Of a stretch of DNA of 64,000 bases, positions 1-13,347 are shown one piece after another. Below the pieces are notes generated by a model, which was given only the letters and a program-made list of their open reading frames with translations, made no database searches and had not been told where the DNA came from. The DNA is from Octopus sinensis (lineage: Eukaryota), in assembly GCF_006345805.1 (NCBI RefSeq), contig NC_043001.1:68138001-68202000 (forward strand). The letters run 5' to 3'. Made by a program: the position numbers and the translations under genes. Every line of letters starts with the position of its first letter. The first letter of the stretch is position 1.

Positions 1-32
1 TGGGTTAATTATCAAGTCACAGCACGGTCTAC

Positions 33-166
<134 letters not shown>

Positions 167-214
167 TCCAAATGATTGATACGGAAGACAGAGTGTAACT
201 AGATGCTTTATTTA

Positions 215-320
215 GCACAGCAATCGTTTCGGCTACCTTCTGCATTGCTCCCTTATGGGTGGGGAACGATATAATGACATCAGATGCATCGTGCAGTGCG
301 AAGGAGCCTCATCAGGTGAC
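215..320 (-). ncRNA. Degenerate type I hammerhead ribozyme motif with very long stem II
   Basis: Minus strand: cac CTGATGA ggct cctt..ctgca..tgcag aagg t agcc GAAA cgattg ct gtg; cores and stem II pair, cleavage triplet is not NUH. Confidence 0.55.
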
Positions 321-974
321 GAAATAGGCTTCAAATGTTATAAGATTTACATTTCGTTCCAAGCTAGATGGTGGTATTATAGTGTGTTGCTAGTAGTTCA
401 CACACATTGGTGAAGTAAGGACACTTGTGGTTAGTATACAGGAAGTGGCTGATAAAAACAAACACAAAAAATATAATGTAAAGGATGAGGAATTGTTAAT
501 AGCATTAGATCGAAAGGCCCTAAAGCGTGTGGAGATCTTTGTTATGGCAGTCAAGCACGGCGGCTTGGTCAAGAATTTAGAGTGGGTGTGATTCCAGCCT
601 TTAGAATTGATGGCTGCTTAATTGCCCTATGGCCCATATTAATATTGCAACATTCACCAAGTTACACTTACGCCTATATAGACGCATACAAGTACTCATA
701 AACACACTCACATACGCACGCACACACGTGCAAACACATACCTGCACACACACACACACAGACGCATATACAGACACGTACAAGTTCACATTCACATAAA
801 CTCGCACATATGCACGCATATATAGTTATGCAAAGGTACTTCATTTCCTAATTTTTGGAGGAACATTTTGGATATATATATACATATGTGTGTGTGTGTG
901 TGTGTATGTGTGTATGTGTGTGTGTGTGTTTGTGTGTGTGTGCATGTGAATTTATATCTTTTATCATTTACATG

Positions 975-1140
975 TTACTTGTTTCAGTCATTAGACTGTG
1001 GCCATGCTAGGGCACCGCGTTGAAGAACTTTTAATCGAATGAATCGACCCCAGTACTTATTTTTAAGCCTTGTACTTATTTTGACGTTTTTTGCCAAACC
1101 GCCTACTTATGGGGTTATAAACACAACAACACTGGTAGAG
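975..1140 (-). mobile_element. SINE family A, 3' half
   Basis: Reverse complement of 4250-4440 segment (ACTTGTTTCAGTCAT..GGCCATGCT..GCACCGC). Confidence 0.85.
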
Positions 1141-1143
1141 AGG

Positions 1144-1206
<63 letters not shown>

Positions 1207-1285
1207 TATATATACATGTACATACATATATAAATAATCCTCTATTTCTCTAATATCGTGGTCTCATTCTTTTGTTGTTCCATTT

Positions 1286-1317
1286 TATTATTATCATCAT
1301 CATCATCATCATCATCA

Positions 1318-1387
<70 letters not shown>

Positions 1388-1390
1388 CAT
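1286..1390. repeat. (TCA)n/(TTA)n microsatellite at the 3' end of a Dong LINE
   Basis: Direct reading. Confidence 0.95.
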
Positions 1391-2875
1391 TCAGCAGTTT
1401 TATTTTTATAACGTGCTTTCACTTCACTACCGAGCGCAGCTCTGTGTGCCTTGGGTATATGCTGTGATTTGTTGTGATGCTCTGATGGTTACTGTATTGA
1501 AAGTGTTCTGCATAGGATGTGGGCAGTGCCTAGTAGTACAATTTTCTGTATGTTATATGTGTTTGCAAGTCCTGGTGTTTTTGTTACGTATTTGTCTGAA
1601 TATTTTTTTCATGCCTAATGCACCTACTATGATAGGAATTGTTTCTGTTTTTAGATTCCACATTCTAGTTACCTCTATTTCCAGGTCTTTGTATTTTGAA
1701 AGTTTCTCCATTTCTTTTAGAGACACGTTGTCATCTGCTGGTATTGATACATCAATTAGAAAGCATTTTTTTCTTCATGATCTCTGACAACTATATCTGG
1801 TCTGTTGGCCTTAATTTCTCTACCTGTGTGTATTGGCATATCCCAGGGTATGGTTGCTTTCTCGTTTTCTGTGACCTTTTCTGGTGTGTGCCTATACCAT
1901 CTTTTTTCTGTTGTTATTCCATAATATTGACATAGCTTTCAGTGTATGTAGGTCCCAACTCTGTCGTTTCTTAGCCAGGACCGGACAGCCAGAGATAATA
2001 TGATTTATTGTTTCTTGTCCATCTCCACATATTCTGCAGTTACTTGTTATATTTCTTTTCATTACATGACATGTTTTTGGTAATTTCAGGTGGGGAGGCT
2101 TTGGTCTTGTGCTGCAATTAAAAAGCCCCCTGTCTCTGCTTTGAGACCTGAGCTTCTCAACCATTGCTGGGGTTTTTCTTTGTCTATTTCTTTTGCATTT
2201 AGTTTAGTCCAGTATTTGCCACGAAGGGCTTTCTTGCCATCGTTTATCATGGTTCGTTGCTGTTCTATTTTTAGTTTGGATTTCATTGTTTTATAGTTTT
2301 ATTGTGTTTTCTTCTTCTTCTCTTCTTCTTCTTTCTTTTGTCTTCTTTTCTTCTTCTTTCTTCTTCTTCTTCTTCTTCTCCTTCTTCTCTTCTTATTCTT
2401 CTTCTTCTTCTTCTCTTCTTCTTCTTCTTCTTCTCTTCTTCTTCTTCTTCTTCTTCCTTCTCTTCTTCTTCTTATTTGTTAGGTGGTATGATTTCTTGTT
2501 TGTATTTGTCAGCTTCCTTAAATACTAAGAACAATTTTTTGTTTTGCTCGTGTTTTGCCGCTATTTGTATCAGTTTTCCTTCCTTCTGAAGTAGGTATTT
2601 TTGTAGTCCTATGGTGGTTAATTTATAGTAGTTTTCCAGCTTTATAAGGCCTCTGCCACCTTCTATACGTTGTATATATAGCCTTTCTATGTCAGATTTT
2701 GGGTGATGCATGCATCCTAGATCCTGTTATTATTTTTCTTGTTTTCCTATCTATTTTGGTTAGTTCATTTAGCGACCAGTTAAGGATATTGTAGCTGTAA
2801 CTTATAACTGGGACGGCTCAAATGTTAATACCTATTATCTTGTTTTTAGCATTGAGCTCTGTTTTTGGTATTGAT
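1390..2875 (-). mobile_element. Dong/R4-like RLE LINE family A, 5'-truncated, decayed
   Basis: Reverse complement of 41999-43360; translated pieces MHHPKSDIERLYIQR, CRICGDGQETINHIISGC (CCHC), RLE region. Confidence 0.93.
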
Positions 2876-2936
2876 GTTTGTGGATAGATTTCGGAGCACT
2901 GTTTTACCGCTCTCAGATGTTAAACGTCCCCCGGTG

Positions 2937-3028
2937 TTCTCTTCTTCTTCTTCTTCTTCTTCTTCTTCTTCTTCTTCTTCTTCTTCTTCTTCTTCTTCTT
3001 CTTCTTCTTCTTCTTCTTCTTCTTCTTC
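2937..3028. repeat. (TTC)n microsatellite
   Basis: Direct reading. Confidence 0.98.
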
Positions 3029-3145
3029 AATATGTATGTATGTAGATGTATGTATGTATGTATGTATGTATGTATGTATGTATGTATGTGTATATATACA
3101 TATACACAAATATATACACATATGTGTGTGTGTGTGTGTGTGCGT

Positions 3146-3780
3146 ACAGAGAGTGATGAGGTTAAATTTGAAGACTATGTCTACCCTTTTTTTCAGAAAC
3201 AGTCGAAAATGCATTGGTGATCTGTCAACGGCGTTGGAGAGAGTAAAGATTAAAATTGAAGTTGAACAGTTAGTTGACATGGTGGACTGGAAGCCATCTA
3301 AATATATTAGAATCAAAGTACCGAAGCCACGACTGCTGCTCAGTGCTCTGTGAACAATGTAAAGGCTGTCAAACACGACATAGACAACTGCAACAGAAAC
3401 TAGGAGGAAGCGACGCAGCAGTTACTCTGACTGTGTCAACACTCCAGAATTTATCCCTACAGCTTTCAGCAGGGCCTTAGGCTCAGTTCAGACGGTTATA
3501 TGAATGTACTGGAGACTGTGGTCAATACCTGGCTACAGAGGTTCGCTACTGGAAAGTCATATGTGTGGCAGCAGGATTCGAGTCCTTCCCATAACTCCGG
3601 AAAAAGTGAGAAGTGGTTGTCTGAACATTTCTACGATTTAACCCGGTTCAATTTCGAGACTTCTGATTTCCCTGATTGTAATCCCATGAATTACTATGTG
3701 TGGGGTGCAGGTGAGAAATACTGGTCATTCTGTTTGCTATACAAAGGTCCAGCAGGTGACTTGTGAATATATGATCAAAT
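3146..3780 (+). mobile_element. Tc1/mariner-superfamily (maT/DD37D-like) transposase relic
   Basis: YVWQQDSSPSH...SDFPDCNPMNYYVWG resembles QQDSAPxH / SPDxNPLDYxVWG motifs; homologous to 9641-10480. Confidence 0.75.
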
Positions 3781-3948
3781 TCCACGTATGCTGGTCTTAA
3801 ATTTATTTTCTCCAGTGTAAGGAACCAGTTACCTCCCAGCGACAGTCTAGTTGATATCTTTTGATTTTTAAACATACGCTTATTTTTGGAGTCTCTGCAT
3901 GGCTGCAGTTCAGGACCGAAACAAGTAAAAGACAAACGTGTATATAAT

Positions 3949-4023
<75 letters not shown>

Positions 4024-4025
<2 letters not shown>

Positions 4026-4180
4026 AGTGGCTGATGTGTGTAAGTAGCTTGCTAATCAACCACATGGTTCCGGGTTCAGTCCCACTGCGTGGCACCTTGG
4101 ACAAGTGATTTCTGCTATAGCCCCGGGCCGACCAATGCCTTGTGAGTGGATTTGTAGATGGAAACTGAAAGAAGCCTGTC

Positions 4181-4236
<56 letters not shown>

Positions 4237-4444
4237 TGTGTGTCTGTGTTTGTCCCCCTAGCATTTCTTGACAACCAATGCTGGTGTGTTTACGTCCCCG
4301 TCACTTAGCGGTTCGGCAACAGAGACCGATAGAATAAGTACTGGGCTTACAAAGAATAAGTCCCGGGGTCGATTTGCTCGACTAAAGGCGGTGCTCCAGC
4401 ATGGCCGCAGTCAAATGACTGAAACAAGTAAAAGAGTAAAAGAG
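4024..4444 (+). mobile_element. SINE family A, full length, tRNA-derived head with internal (TA)n
   Basis: A-box-like TGGCTG..TGTGTAA and B-box-like GGTTCAGTCCC; body repeated at least 7 times in the window. Confidence 0.9.
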
Positions 4445-4762
4445 TATATATATATATATATTACTTAAAAGCAGCAGGAATGTAACAAATATACATACAC
4501 ACGTTTGTCTTTCACTTGTTTCAGTCATTAAACCGCGGCCATGTTGAGACTCCAAAAATAAAGGTATATCTAAAAATCAAAAAAATATCAACTAGACTGT
4601 CAATGGGAGGCAACACTTTACTTATTATATGTGTATGTGTGTGTGTCATTATGTGTGCCATTTTTCCACACGTACAGTAAAACCTACCTTTTTTCTGTCG
4701 AGGCCTTATATGCCCCATTATTTAGACTATTTTCTGTAGTCATTGCTCGGTGATCGCTTTAT

Positions 4763-4893
4763 AAGCTTTAAACTTATAAAATTTATTATTATTATTTACA
4801 GAATTGTAAAAATCGACGCTGGTAACAAAAAAACTATGCGTCGATTTTACATTCTGTAAATAATAATAATAGTATTTTATAAGTTTTAAGCTT
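4763..4893. repeat. Long imperfect inverted repeat (fold-back), arms ~57 bp, loop 18 nt
   Basis: aagctttaaacttataaaat..tacagaattgtaaaaatcgacgc / gcgtcgattttacattctgtaaa..tataagttttaagctt. Confidence 0.85.
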
Positions 4894-4910
4894 TATATAT
4901 TATATATATA

Positions 4911-4961
<51 letters not shown>

Positions 4962-4964
<3 letters not shown>

Positions 4965-7308
4965 TGAAAGCTAAAGAAGTCTGTTTTGACTTGCATATCG
5001 TAGCCGGATTAAGGAACAAGTACAGAGTGCGTTAACCGGCTCTGTGGTTAATAACGGGTGGTGATTCGCCCTCAAGAGTGCTGTGAAGGGCCAATCACGG
5101 CCGAGGAGGTGATCGAAATGCTAGGCGAATGCCCTGGGGAGAAGTCGCCGGGTCTTGGTGGTTTACCCTATGAATTTTATAAAAGTATGCCAGACTTGTT
5201 CGGGCACCTGCTGGCCAGCGTCTACACCAATTGGAAACAGAATGGGAGAATTCCCAAGTCTGTGAGCCAAGGGGTGGTGACGTTGATCAGGAAGGACCCG
5301 AGTAAGGGGGACGAAATAGGAAATTTTAGGCCCATAACTCTGTTGAGCACAAAGTTAACGATTTTGGCCAAGGTGCTAGTGAAAAGGTTGGCGCGTTGCG
5401 TGGAGAGACTTGTAGGAGAAGCGCAAACGTGCGCTATCCCGGGCAGGTCGATCCACGACAATCTCCATTTTATACGCTACTCCATAGAGGGCACTGGTAT
5501 ATTTAGACCAGTCTAAAGCATTTGATAAGGTCGACCATCGGTACTTGGCGGCGGTCCTCCATGAGGCTGGCCTGGGCCCGACCTTCCGCGGTTGGATTGC
5601 GTGTTGTATAGCGACATTGAGTCTGTCGTGAAAGTGAATGGTTTCTTTTCGAAGCCATTCAAGATCGAGCACTCAGTGAGTCATGAGTGTCCCCTGTCTC
5701 CGCTTTCGTATGTATTGGCTCTTGAGCTATTGCTGCGGACGTTGGAGGCACTGGAGAGTGTGCTGCATGATCTATGATGTGGAAGACATCTCCATCATCG
5801 TGGCGAATGAGATATAGCTTCAAGTGGTGGAAGAGGCCATCAAAATTTACGAGGCGGTGGCAGGAGCAAAAATTAACAAGGGCAAGTCGGTCGGTTTGCA
5901 ACTCGGCACCTGGATGGGCAAGCTGATGGCGTCCAAAATGTCGTGGGGCGTTGGACGGAAGGTCTTGTTAAGCTGCTCGGAGTCTGGGTTGGTCCAGACC
6001 TCCAGATAGAGAAAAATTGGAGTGAGGTCACCAGCAAGGTGACTGCTCTAACCCAGACCTGGTTTGGGTGGGCGTTATCCTTGCTAGGGAGGGCGAAGGT
6101 GGTGCAGATGTTTATAGCATCAGTAATCACCTACTGTCTGACCGTGGTACCTTCCCCGATTTGTGGCTGAACAAGTTGGATTCTTTTTGTGGAAGGGAGG
6201 CAAGCCATTTGTGAAGCGCTCTGTCTGTTGCCAGAAACTGCTAAAAGTTGGGCTAGGGATGCCTTGGCTGAAGATGCGAAAATTCACGTTAAGGCTGAGG
6301 CACCTCTAGCTTTACCTGGATAGAGAGCAGGTGTGGTCACCGCATGTCCAGTTCTATCTTCCGCAATTAACGTCCTTAACATGGATCATGTAGAGACCTA
6401 GGCTGGGGGACTGGCAGCTGCAGTGCCGTCAGGCACTTCAGCTGCTCTCTCGGGCGGGAAATGCCGGCAGCAGGAGTTTATAGCGGGTTAGTGGAGTTTA
6501 TGTCCTTAGACGCCTTGGGGGAGACCCTAGGCTACGATGAAAATCAGTTGATCAACCTGTTCAGGAGAGCTTTTAGGCTGGGGTATCTGAACAGTTATCA
6601 GAAATCCCTGGCTTGGCAGTGCTTCCGTGCGGCGTTACCTGTTCATGATAAACCGTCAAGGCACGGAAGTGCCGTCTCACCGACATCTCCGAGGTGCAGG
6701 CAGGACAGGGAAACCGTCTTACATGCATTTGTGGAGTGTCTGGAATTAACGTAACTGATAGCTTTCATAGAACAACTGTTGTCATCGATTGGAAGAGTAC
6801 AGCTATCGGCTGAGTCTATCATCGACATTGTGCCTCCTTCCCTTAACAGGGAGAGAAAAGCTTGCTTTTTCTGCGTAGTAGCCTTACTGAAAGAAACAGT
6901 ATGGAAGACGCGTGTGAAAGGAATAGTGATGGATGCCTTTGTATTTGGCCAGGGGTTAGTTAACTTTTTTAGTTACCAACTCAGTAGTAATATCAGCCTG
7001 GAGGAGAGGTACCTGTCACGAGAAAGATTCGATAAAAGATGGAAGCTTTTGGGAAGAAAGCTGGTAGAAAGTGGCACCAGGTAAGTGGAGACCCAGAAGA
7101 AAAGCAAAGGTTCTACCCTGGTGACCGGATGTCTTTCCTTTAAGGAATACACTGCATGTTGTGGTGGGTATCATAAAATTTTAAAACTGAATTTTTAAAC
7201 GATTCATCATTCGATAAAATGAACATTTTAATCGTCACAGCTTCTTCATCCTTTTATGTTTGTCTGTCCTCGTTTGTCCCCTCCTGCATGACAAATTTTA
7301 ATGAAATA
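4962..7308 (+). mobile_element. Tx1-clade (L1-like) LINE, 5'-truncated, internally deleted, decayed ORF2
   Basis: KSPGLGGLPYEFY, NFRPITLL, QTCAIPGRSIHDN, GAKINKGKS; collinear with the 58.8-61.6 kb ORF2; FALK joined directly to ECCEGPI. Confidence 0.92.
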
Positions 7309-7424
7309 AAGAAGCTTGCTTCCCAACAACTGCATGACACTTTGAGTAAGTGTCTTCTACTGTAGCCTCAGGCCGACCAAAGCATTGTGAGTGAATTTGA
7401 TAGGCAGAAGCTGAAAGAAGCCTG

Positions 7425-7485
<61 letters not shown>

Positions 7486-7710
7486 CTATATATATGCGTG
7501 TGTGTGCTGTGTCTGTGTTTGTCCTCCACCATCGCTTAATAACCGATATTGGTGTGTTTACGTCCTCGTAATTTAACGGTTCGTCAAAAGTGACCGATAG
7601 AATAAATACTAGGTTTACAAAGAATAAGATCTGGGATCGATTTGTTCAACTAAAGGCGGTGCTCCAACATGACTACAGTCAAATCACCGAAACAAGTAAA
7701 AGAATAAAAG
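7309..7710 (+). mobile_element. SINE family A lacking its first ~20 nt, starting at the Tx1 junction
   Basis: Aligns to 4024-4444 from AAGAAGCTTGCTTCCC onward. Confidence 0.88.
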
Positions 7711-7821
7711 TATATATATATGTATGTATGTGTGTGTGTGTGTGTAAATATATATTATGTGTGTATATATCTATGTAAAGTATACACAACCAAATCTCCC
7801 GACTCACCCGCGCAGTGTGTC

Positions 7822-7853
<32 letters not shown>

Positions 7854-8614
7854 TGTATGTATGTATGTATGTATGTATGTATGTATGTATGTATGTATGT
7901 ATGTATGTGTTATGTATTTATGTATCTATTTATTTATTACTTGTTTGACTCAAGGAATGTACAAATTCCTTTAATTCTCTACGTGATTAAGATATGAGTT
8001 GACGCGGAGGAAATTAGGAGAATTGGCGTGAAGTCACGTCTTACCAGATCCTTCTGTGACAAACATAAATATGTAAACAAATACGAAACTTTTAATAAAT
8101 ATCAAGTCATGTTTTAAAAATGTGATGTGGTTTTATTTAACCCATGGTCAGTCCTAAATGAGTAAATTTGCTTTCTGTATCATTCAAGCATGACCATTCT
8201 TTTCTTCCTAAATGAAAATTGTAACAAGTCCTTTTTTTTTTTTGGAGTATTATGAAATTTGCAGATCATATAGCTGTTATTTCTACCAAATCAAATAACC
8301 GCTCCGACTATCCCTGGCAGTCTCAAAGTGAGTTCTAACATTGACACATTTTGAAATAGGATTATTGTCAATTTGATTGAGCCTCCTCTCTTCACTGCTT
8401 TTATCTACCAAGGGCGGGATTTTAATTCAGATCATCAAGCTGATTAACTAATTAGTGCAATACATTATGTTCGCTGCTCTGTTGAATGCATCATTCTCCA
8501 AATAACTCGTGGGACACGATATGGGCCAACATTAAAATTCCTCTTCACTGTTTAAGTTATCTCAGCTTGTAACCTGATAATAATAGTTCTCAATATTTAG
8601 TCCTCCCATCCCGC

Positions 8615-8970
8615 CGTCGTCGACTTTGCCTTTCATCATTTCAGGGATGATAAAATAAATGCCAATCGAACTCTTGGGTCGGTATAATCGGCTTACTCCA
8701 GCACCAAAATTGCTGGCCTTGTGCCAAAATTTGAAATCAATATTTAGTCCTCCTAAGATGGTAAACTGACAGAATCGTTAACACACCGGGCAAAATGCTT
8801 ACGGCGTCTCATCCGTCTTTACGTCCTGAGTTCAAGTTCCGCCGAGGTCAAGTTTACCCTTTATCCTTTCAGGGTGGGTAAAATCAGTACCAGTTCAACA
8901 CTGGAGTCAATATAACCAACTTACCCCCTGCCCCCAAATTGCTGGCCTTGTGCAAAAATTTGAAACCAAT
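8615..8970 (+). mobile_element. Two tandem SINE family B copies (MetaSINE-like central domain)
   Basis: GTCGACTTTGCCTTTCATC..GGG..GATAAAATAA..ACCA core; second copy has B-box GAGTTCAAGTTCC. Confidence 0.85.
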
Positions 8971-9580
8971 CTTTATGTCCCCTTCTCTTTCCCCCACCGA
9001 TAAAGTAGGATGCTTAAAGGGTAAATTAATTTCAAATATATCTTGATGGAGCGATAATTTAGAGTAACCTTAAGAGAAGGAAAATAGAAAGCAACAATAA
9101 CAAGCACAAGTCATAGAAATTACTAAGAAGGCGACCCCAAACCCCTGATGACATTTGTCGCTAAACAGCCTCCGCCCACTATTTTTAGTGCGGGAGAAAT
9201 AAACTCGCCTGAAACGTCATAAACACGAGTAAAAGCCTGAAACGTCATGTGTAGCTCTCGGAGGTTCGAGGTAGTTTTCTTCTCCTTTTTTTTTGCTTCT
9301 GTTATTATTTGCAGGGTTTTTTTTATGTAAACCCACATCGTGGGTTTATGTAAACCCCTTCCCCTCAAAATTGCTGGCCTCTTAGGCATCTCTTTGTGGA
9401 TTTTCGTACGGATTATGTAAAAGGTTTTGAAGTAACAATATAATTAGGTGGGTGTTTCCAGTTAGCTTCTCCTATTGTACAGGAAATTAGGAAATCGGTT
9501 TAAGAAGCTAACGAAATAGTCGTTATTTAAACACTGCTCCTACATATATGCATACATACATACATACATACATACATATA

Positions 9581-9640
<60 letters not shown>

Positions 9641-10475
9641 CAAGGTGCGATGAGTAAATTGTCACCATATTTCGCGAATGCGTATTGTTTCTTTTTGATT
9701 TTGTCGACTACACAATATAGTAGGGTCCATTGGGAACCGTCTGTGAGGAAAATAGCACCATGACGCAATTCACTCTGCCAGAAATTTGGAAATCACATAC
9801 ATCCGGCACGATTGTATTGGAACAATCGCGCCGGATGTTCCAATACAAACATACCCGAGTGTTCGGGTGTCAATCTGAAGACAGTGAAATCTAAGGACAT
9901 GTACCGAGAGTGATAAAAATCAAACAACCATTCAACATCATGGTGTTCGGAATGATCACTAGTGATGGCGACGTTATGCCTCCATTCATTTTCCTCAGAT
10001 TCAACACGGAGGCCAACATTAAGTGCCTGGAGGAGGTAGTGTTGACCTGGGTCAAGTGTGTGACTGCTGGAAGACCCTATGTCTAGCAACAGGACTCTGC
10101 ACCAAGCCACGCAAGTAGGAGAACCCAGTCACGGCTGTCAGACAATTTCTGCGACCACATAATCCCTAGCATCTGGTCGCCTAATTCCCCAGACTGCAAC
10201 TTCCCTTGATTCTGAGCGAGAGATCAACAAAATTCCTTGTAATATCAAAGACGAACTGAGGTAAGAATTATGGCAGGATTCACCAACTTAAACATGAAGA
10301 CCGTCCAGAAGAGTTGCAGGGGATTCCGAAGTCGTCTGGAGGTCGTTGTTGTAGCCAATGGCGATTTTATTGAATAAATTTACTCCTTAGTATAATTTTG
10401 GTAAATATATATGTTAAAATGAGATATCAGTGTTATTTTCATTTTTGCGTAACTGAGACGACAGTTTATTCACCG

Positions 10476-10480
<5 letters not shown>
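9641..10480 (+). mobile_element. Internally deleted mariner-superfamily element with TIRs
   Basis: TIR gcgatgagtaaattgtc vs revcomp of gacagtttattcaccgc; internal QQDSAPSH and W.PNSPDCN motifs. Confidence 0.85.
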
Positions 10481-10559
<79 letters not shown>

Positions 10560-10561
10560 TA

Positions 10562-10646
<85 letters not shown>

Positions 10647-10691
10647 TGTATGTATATGTATATATGTGTGTGTGTGTGTGTTTAAATAAAT

Positions 10692-10926
10692 GCGCCCTTT
10701 TAAAGCTCATGGGCCCGGTTTCCCGTTTCAATGGCGTATGTGTTCCCCAGCTGGACGGGACGACAGTCCATCGCAGCGTTACTCATTTTTGCCAGCTGAG
10801 TGGACTGGAGCAACGTGAAATGAAGTGTTTTGCTCAAGAACACAACGCGACGCCCGGTCCAGGAATCGAAACCACAATCTTACGATCATGATGTTGACAC
10901 CCTAACCACTAAGCCACGCGCCTCCA
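10692..10926 (-). mobile_element. SINE family C (tRNA head)
   Basis: Minus strand begins GGAGGCGCGTGGCTTAGTGGTTAGGG..GGTTTCGATTCC; homolog at 35338-35560. Confidence 0.85.
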
Positions 10927-10984
10927 CTATATATAGTTATTTTAGCACAAGGCCAGCCCTATGATATATAAGATTGTAATAATT

Positions 10985-11165
10985 ACAGAATCATTAGCAC
11001 GCTGAGCAAACTTCTTAGCGGCATTTTTCCGTCTTTATTTTCTGAGTTGAGATTCCGCGGAGGTCGCCTACTTTTAATCCTTTCGGGATTGATAAAATAA
11101 GCACCAGTTGAGCACTGGGGTCGATATTACCTTCATCCACGAAATTGCTGACTTTGTGCTAAAGT
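10985..11165 (+). mobile_element. SINE family B
   Basis: Similarity to 18552-18765. Confidence 0.8.
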
Positions 11166-11179
11166 TATGTATATATAGT

Positions 11180-11397
11180 GAAGGTGCGTGGCTTAGTGGT
11201 TAGGGTATTTGGCAAAAATGAGTAGTACCTGTATTTCAAAGGTACTACTCATTCTGTGTCACGCTGAATCTCCCTGAGAACTACGTTAAGGGTACGCTTC
11301 TCTGTGGAGTGCTCAGCCACATGCAGGATAATTTTACAAGAAGGCTGTTCCGTTGATCAGATCAACTGGAATTCTTGTCGTCGTAATTGACGGAGTG
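11180..11397 (+). mobile_element. SINE with family-C-like head, internally deleted
   Basis: GAAGGTGCGTGGCTTAGTGGTTAGGG A-box head. Confidence 0.6.
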
Positions 11398-13347
11398 TAT
11401 ATGATTTATTTATAAATATATTCATACGTGCCTTGTGAGTACTTTGGTTTTCTGAATCAGCGACAATTTGAGAGTTTTGTTAACGGGACCCACTACATTT
11501 CACTGATAGCCTAATATCCGATTTATCGTTATATTTTTATTTGTGTCTACATGCTACAGCTGCCCCAACTGGTTTTTAACACTAACTTCATGTATTTATT
11601 TCATCAATTATGTTTTACTTGCTAAAATATTCATAACACTTCAGGTTTCACTTATAAAAAAAAACCCTTTTAAACATTAAAAAAGAAAAATAACACACAC
11701 CCAATCAGTCAATAGAAACTTTTGAATATTTTGCAAGCTGCAAATATGTTTAGTCATCGGAGGACGTTTTTCTTTTATTCATCACCGAAATATCCGGATA
11801 AACGAGTTTAGGACGAATATAGGTAAATAGAAGACGCGCAATAATAAAAAGCAAACAATATAAAACATAATATCAAAATATCTATCCTGTCATTGATGAC
11901 TTTGAATCATGTTTCATTTTCTTTTAAAGTTGTCTTCCTGTTTGTTGCTCGTTGAGTTTACGAAAGAAGATTTTTCACTAAATCTGACTCAAGTTATACT
12001 CTACCATGTTAAAAAGAAAACGAAACGTGGAGAATGTTGTCCTAGATATGACCGTCTGATATTAAATGAAATGTTAAATACTTACAGTATGCAAATTAGA
12101 TGCTCCAGTTGTCTGGAATTACTAGATTTGACATGTATATAAATATATTGGCTGCTCGTTTCTGTTATATTTAGTCAAGTTATGTGGACACATCCGATGA
12201 GACTCAACTCGGTCGAAAATTGGTTAAGACCGTTAATCATATTCATCGATTTACAGAAAAATAGGTATACGTTTGACATGATTGTATAACTACCATGCAT
12301 CTTTTTATACAAAAAGAAGATGTGGTGATTACGGCTGGAACGTCCATGGTCACAGGTCCGCTCGATAGATCTATGGCCTGGGGTTAAACAACAATAATAA
12401 AAGCAACATGAAACCTCATTTAGCACAAGTTTTCTCTTGATCCACAAACCGTTTACAAGAAAATGAAATACTATTTATTCAGTAACTCGGGATTGTTTTG
12501 GTCTAAGATCTGGAACTAAGGTAAAAATTCCAACAGTATAGCATTACTACTGAATGCAACCAGGACAGGACATCAACATTAAAACATTCCATTACTTTTG
12601 CTGTGGGCAAATTGTACGATGAGAAAAAACTTACATATAGATCAATGTTGAATGTATTGATGATGGTCGACATTCGATAGAAACATAACTTTGCACATTT
12701 ATTTCAAAGAACAAAGTCAATTTAACATTGCATTATAGGTTTGTGTCATATCTTGTAGCCAAGAATGAAAGCTTCTTCTTTGCAGGAGATAAGTTATTGC
12801 CAACTTAAACAAACAGACAGACAGACAGAAAGACAGACAGACAGGCAGACATACACACATACACACAAACATAGACATACACACGCTAACATACATACAC
12901 GTAGCTACCCCCTCCAAATATATATGCATTTCTTTTTAGTTAAAACCGAATCTGAAAATTTGTCTCGTGGCCCCCATACTCAGCGAGAGTTTTGAGGGAC
13001 AAACGCTTCGAAACCGATAGAATCAACCCTGATTTTAAATTCACATTTATACCAATAGTTATTACTACACTTAGTACTCTTAGTAAATTATCACAAGCAA
13101 ATGTTTATATTTTAGGCGAAGGAAGAGAACGTTTAACATACACAAATACGATCTATGACGGGAACAGTAAATATTTACAGTGATGGCCCTTCTGTTTCAG
13201 AAATCTAAGAATTAAGAAAAAATGCTAGTACAGTTCCATACATACATACATACATACATACATACATACATACATACATACATACGTACATACATACATA
13301 CATACATACATAGGTAGTTTTGGTTGTGTGGTAAGAAGCTTTCTTCC

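Noticed and set aside
9145-9252. CTGATGA followed by two copies of gcctGAAACGTCat as a hammerhead
   Set aside because: No convincing stem II or stem I can be drawn
12631-12674. Possible minus-strand first exon (ATG..TAT|GTAAG, MSTIINTFNIDLY)
   Set aside because: Too short, no recognisable homology or partner exons; expected by chance
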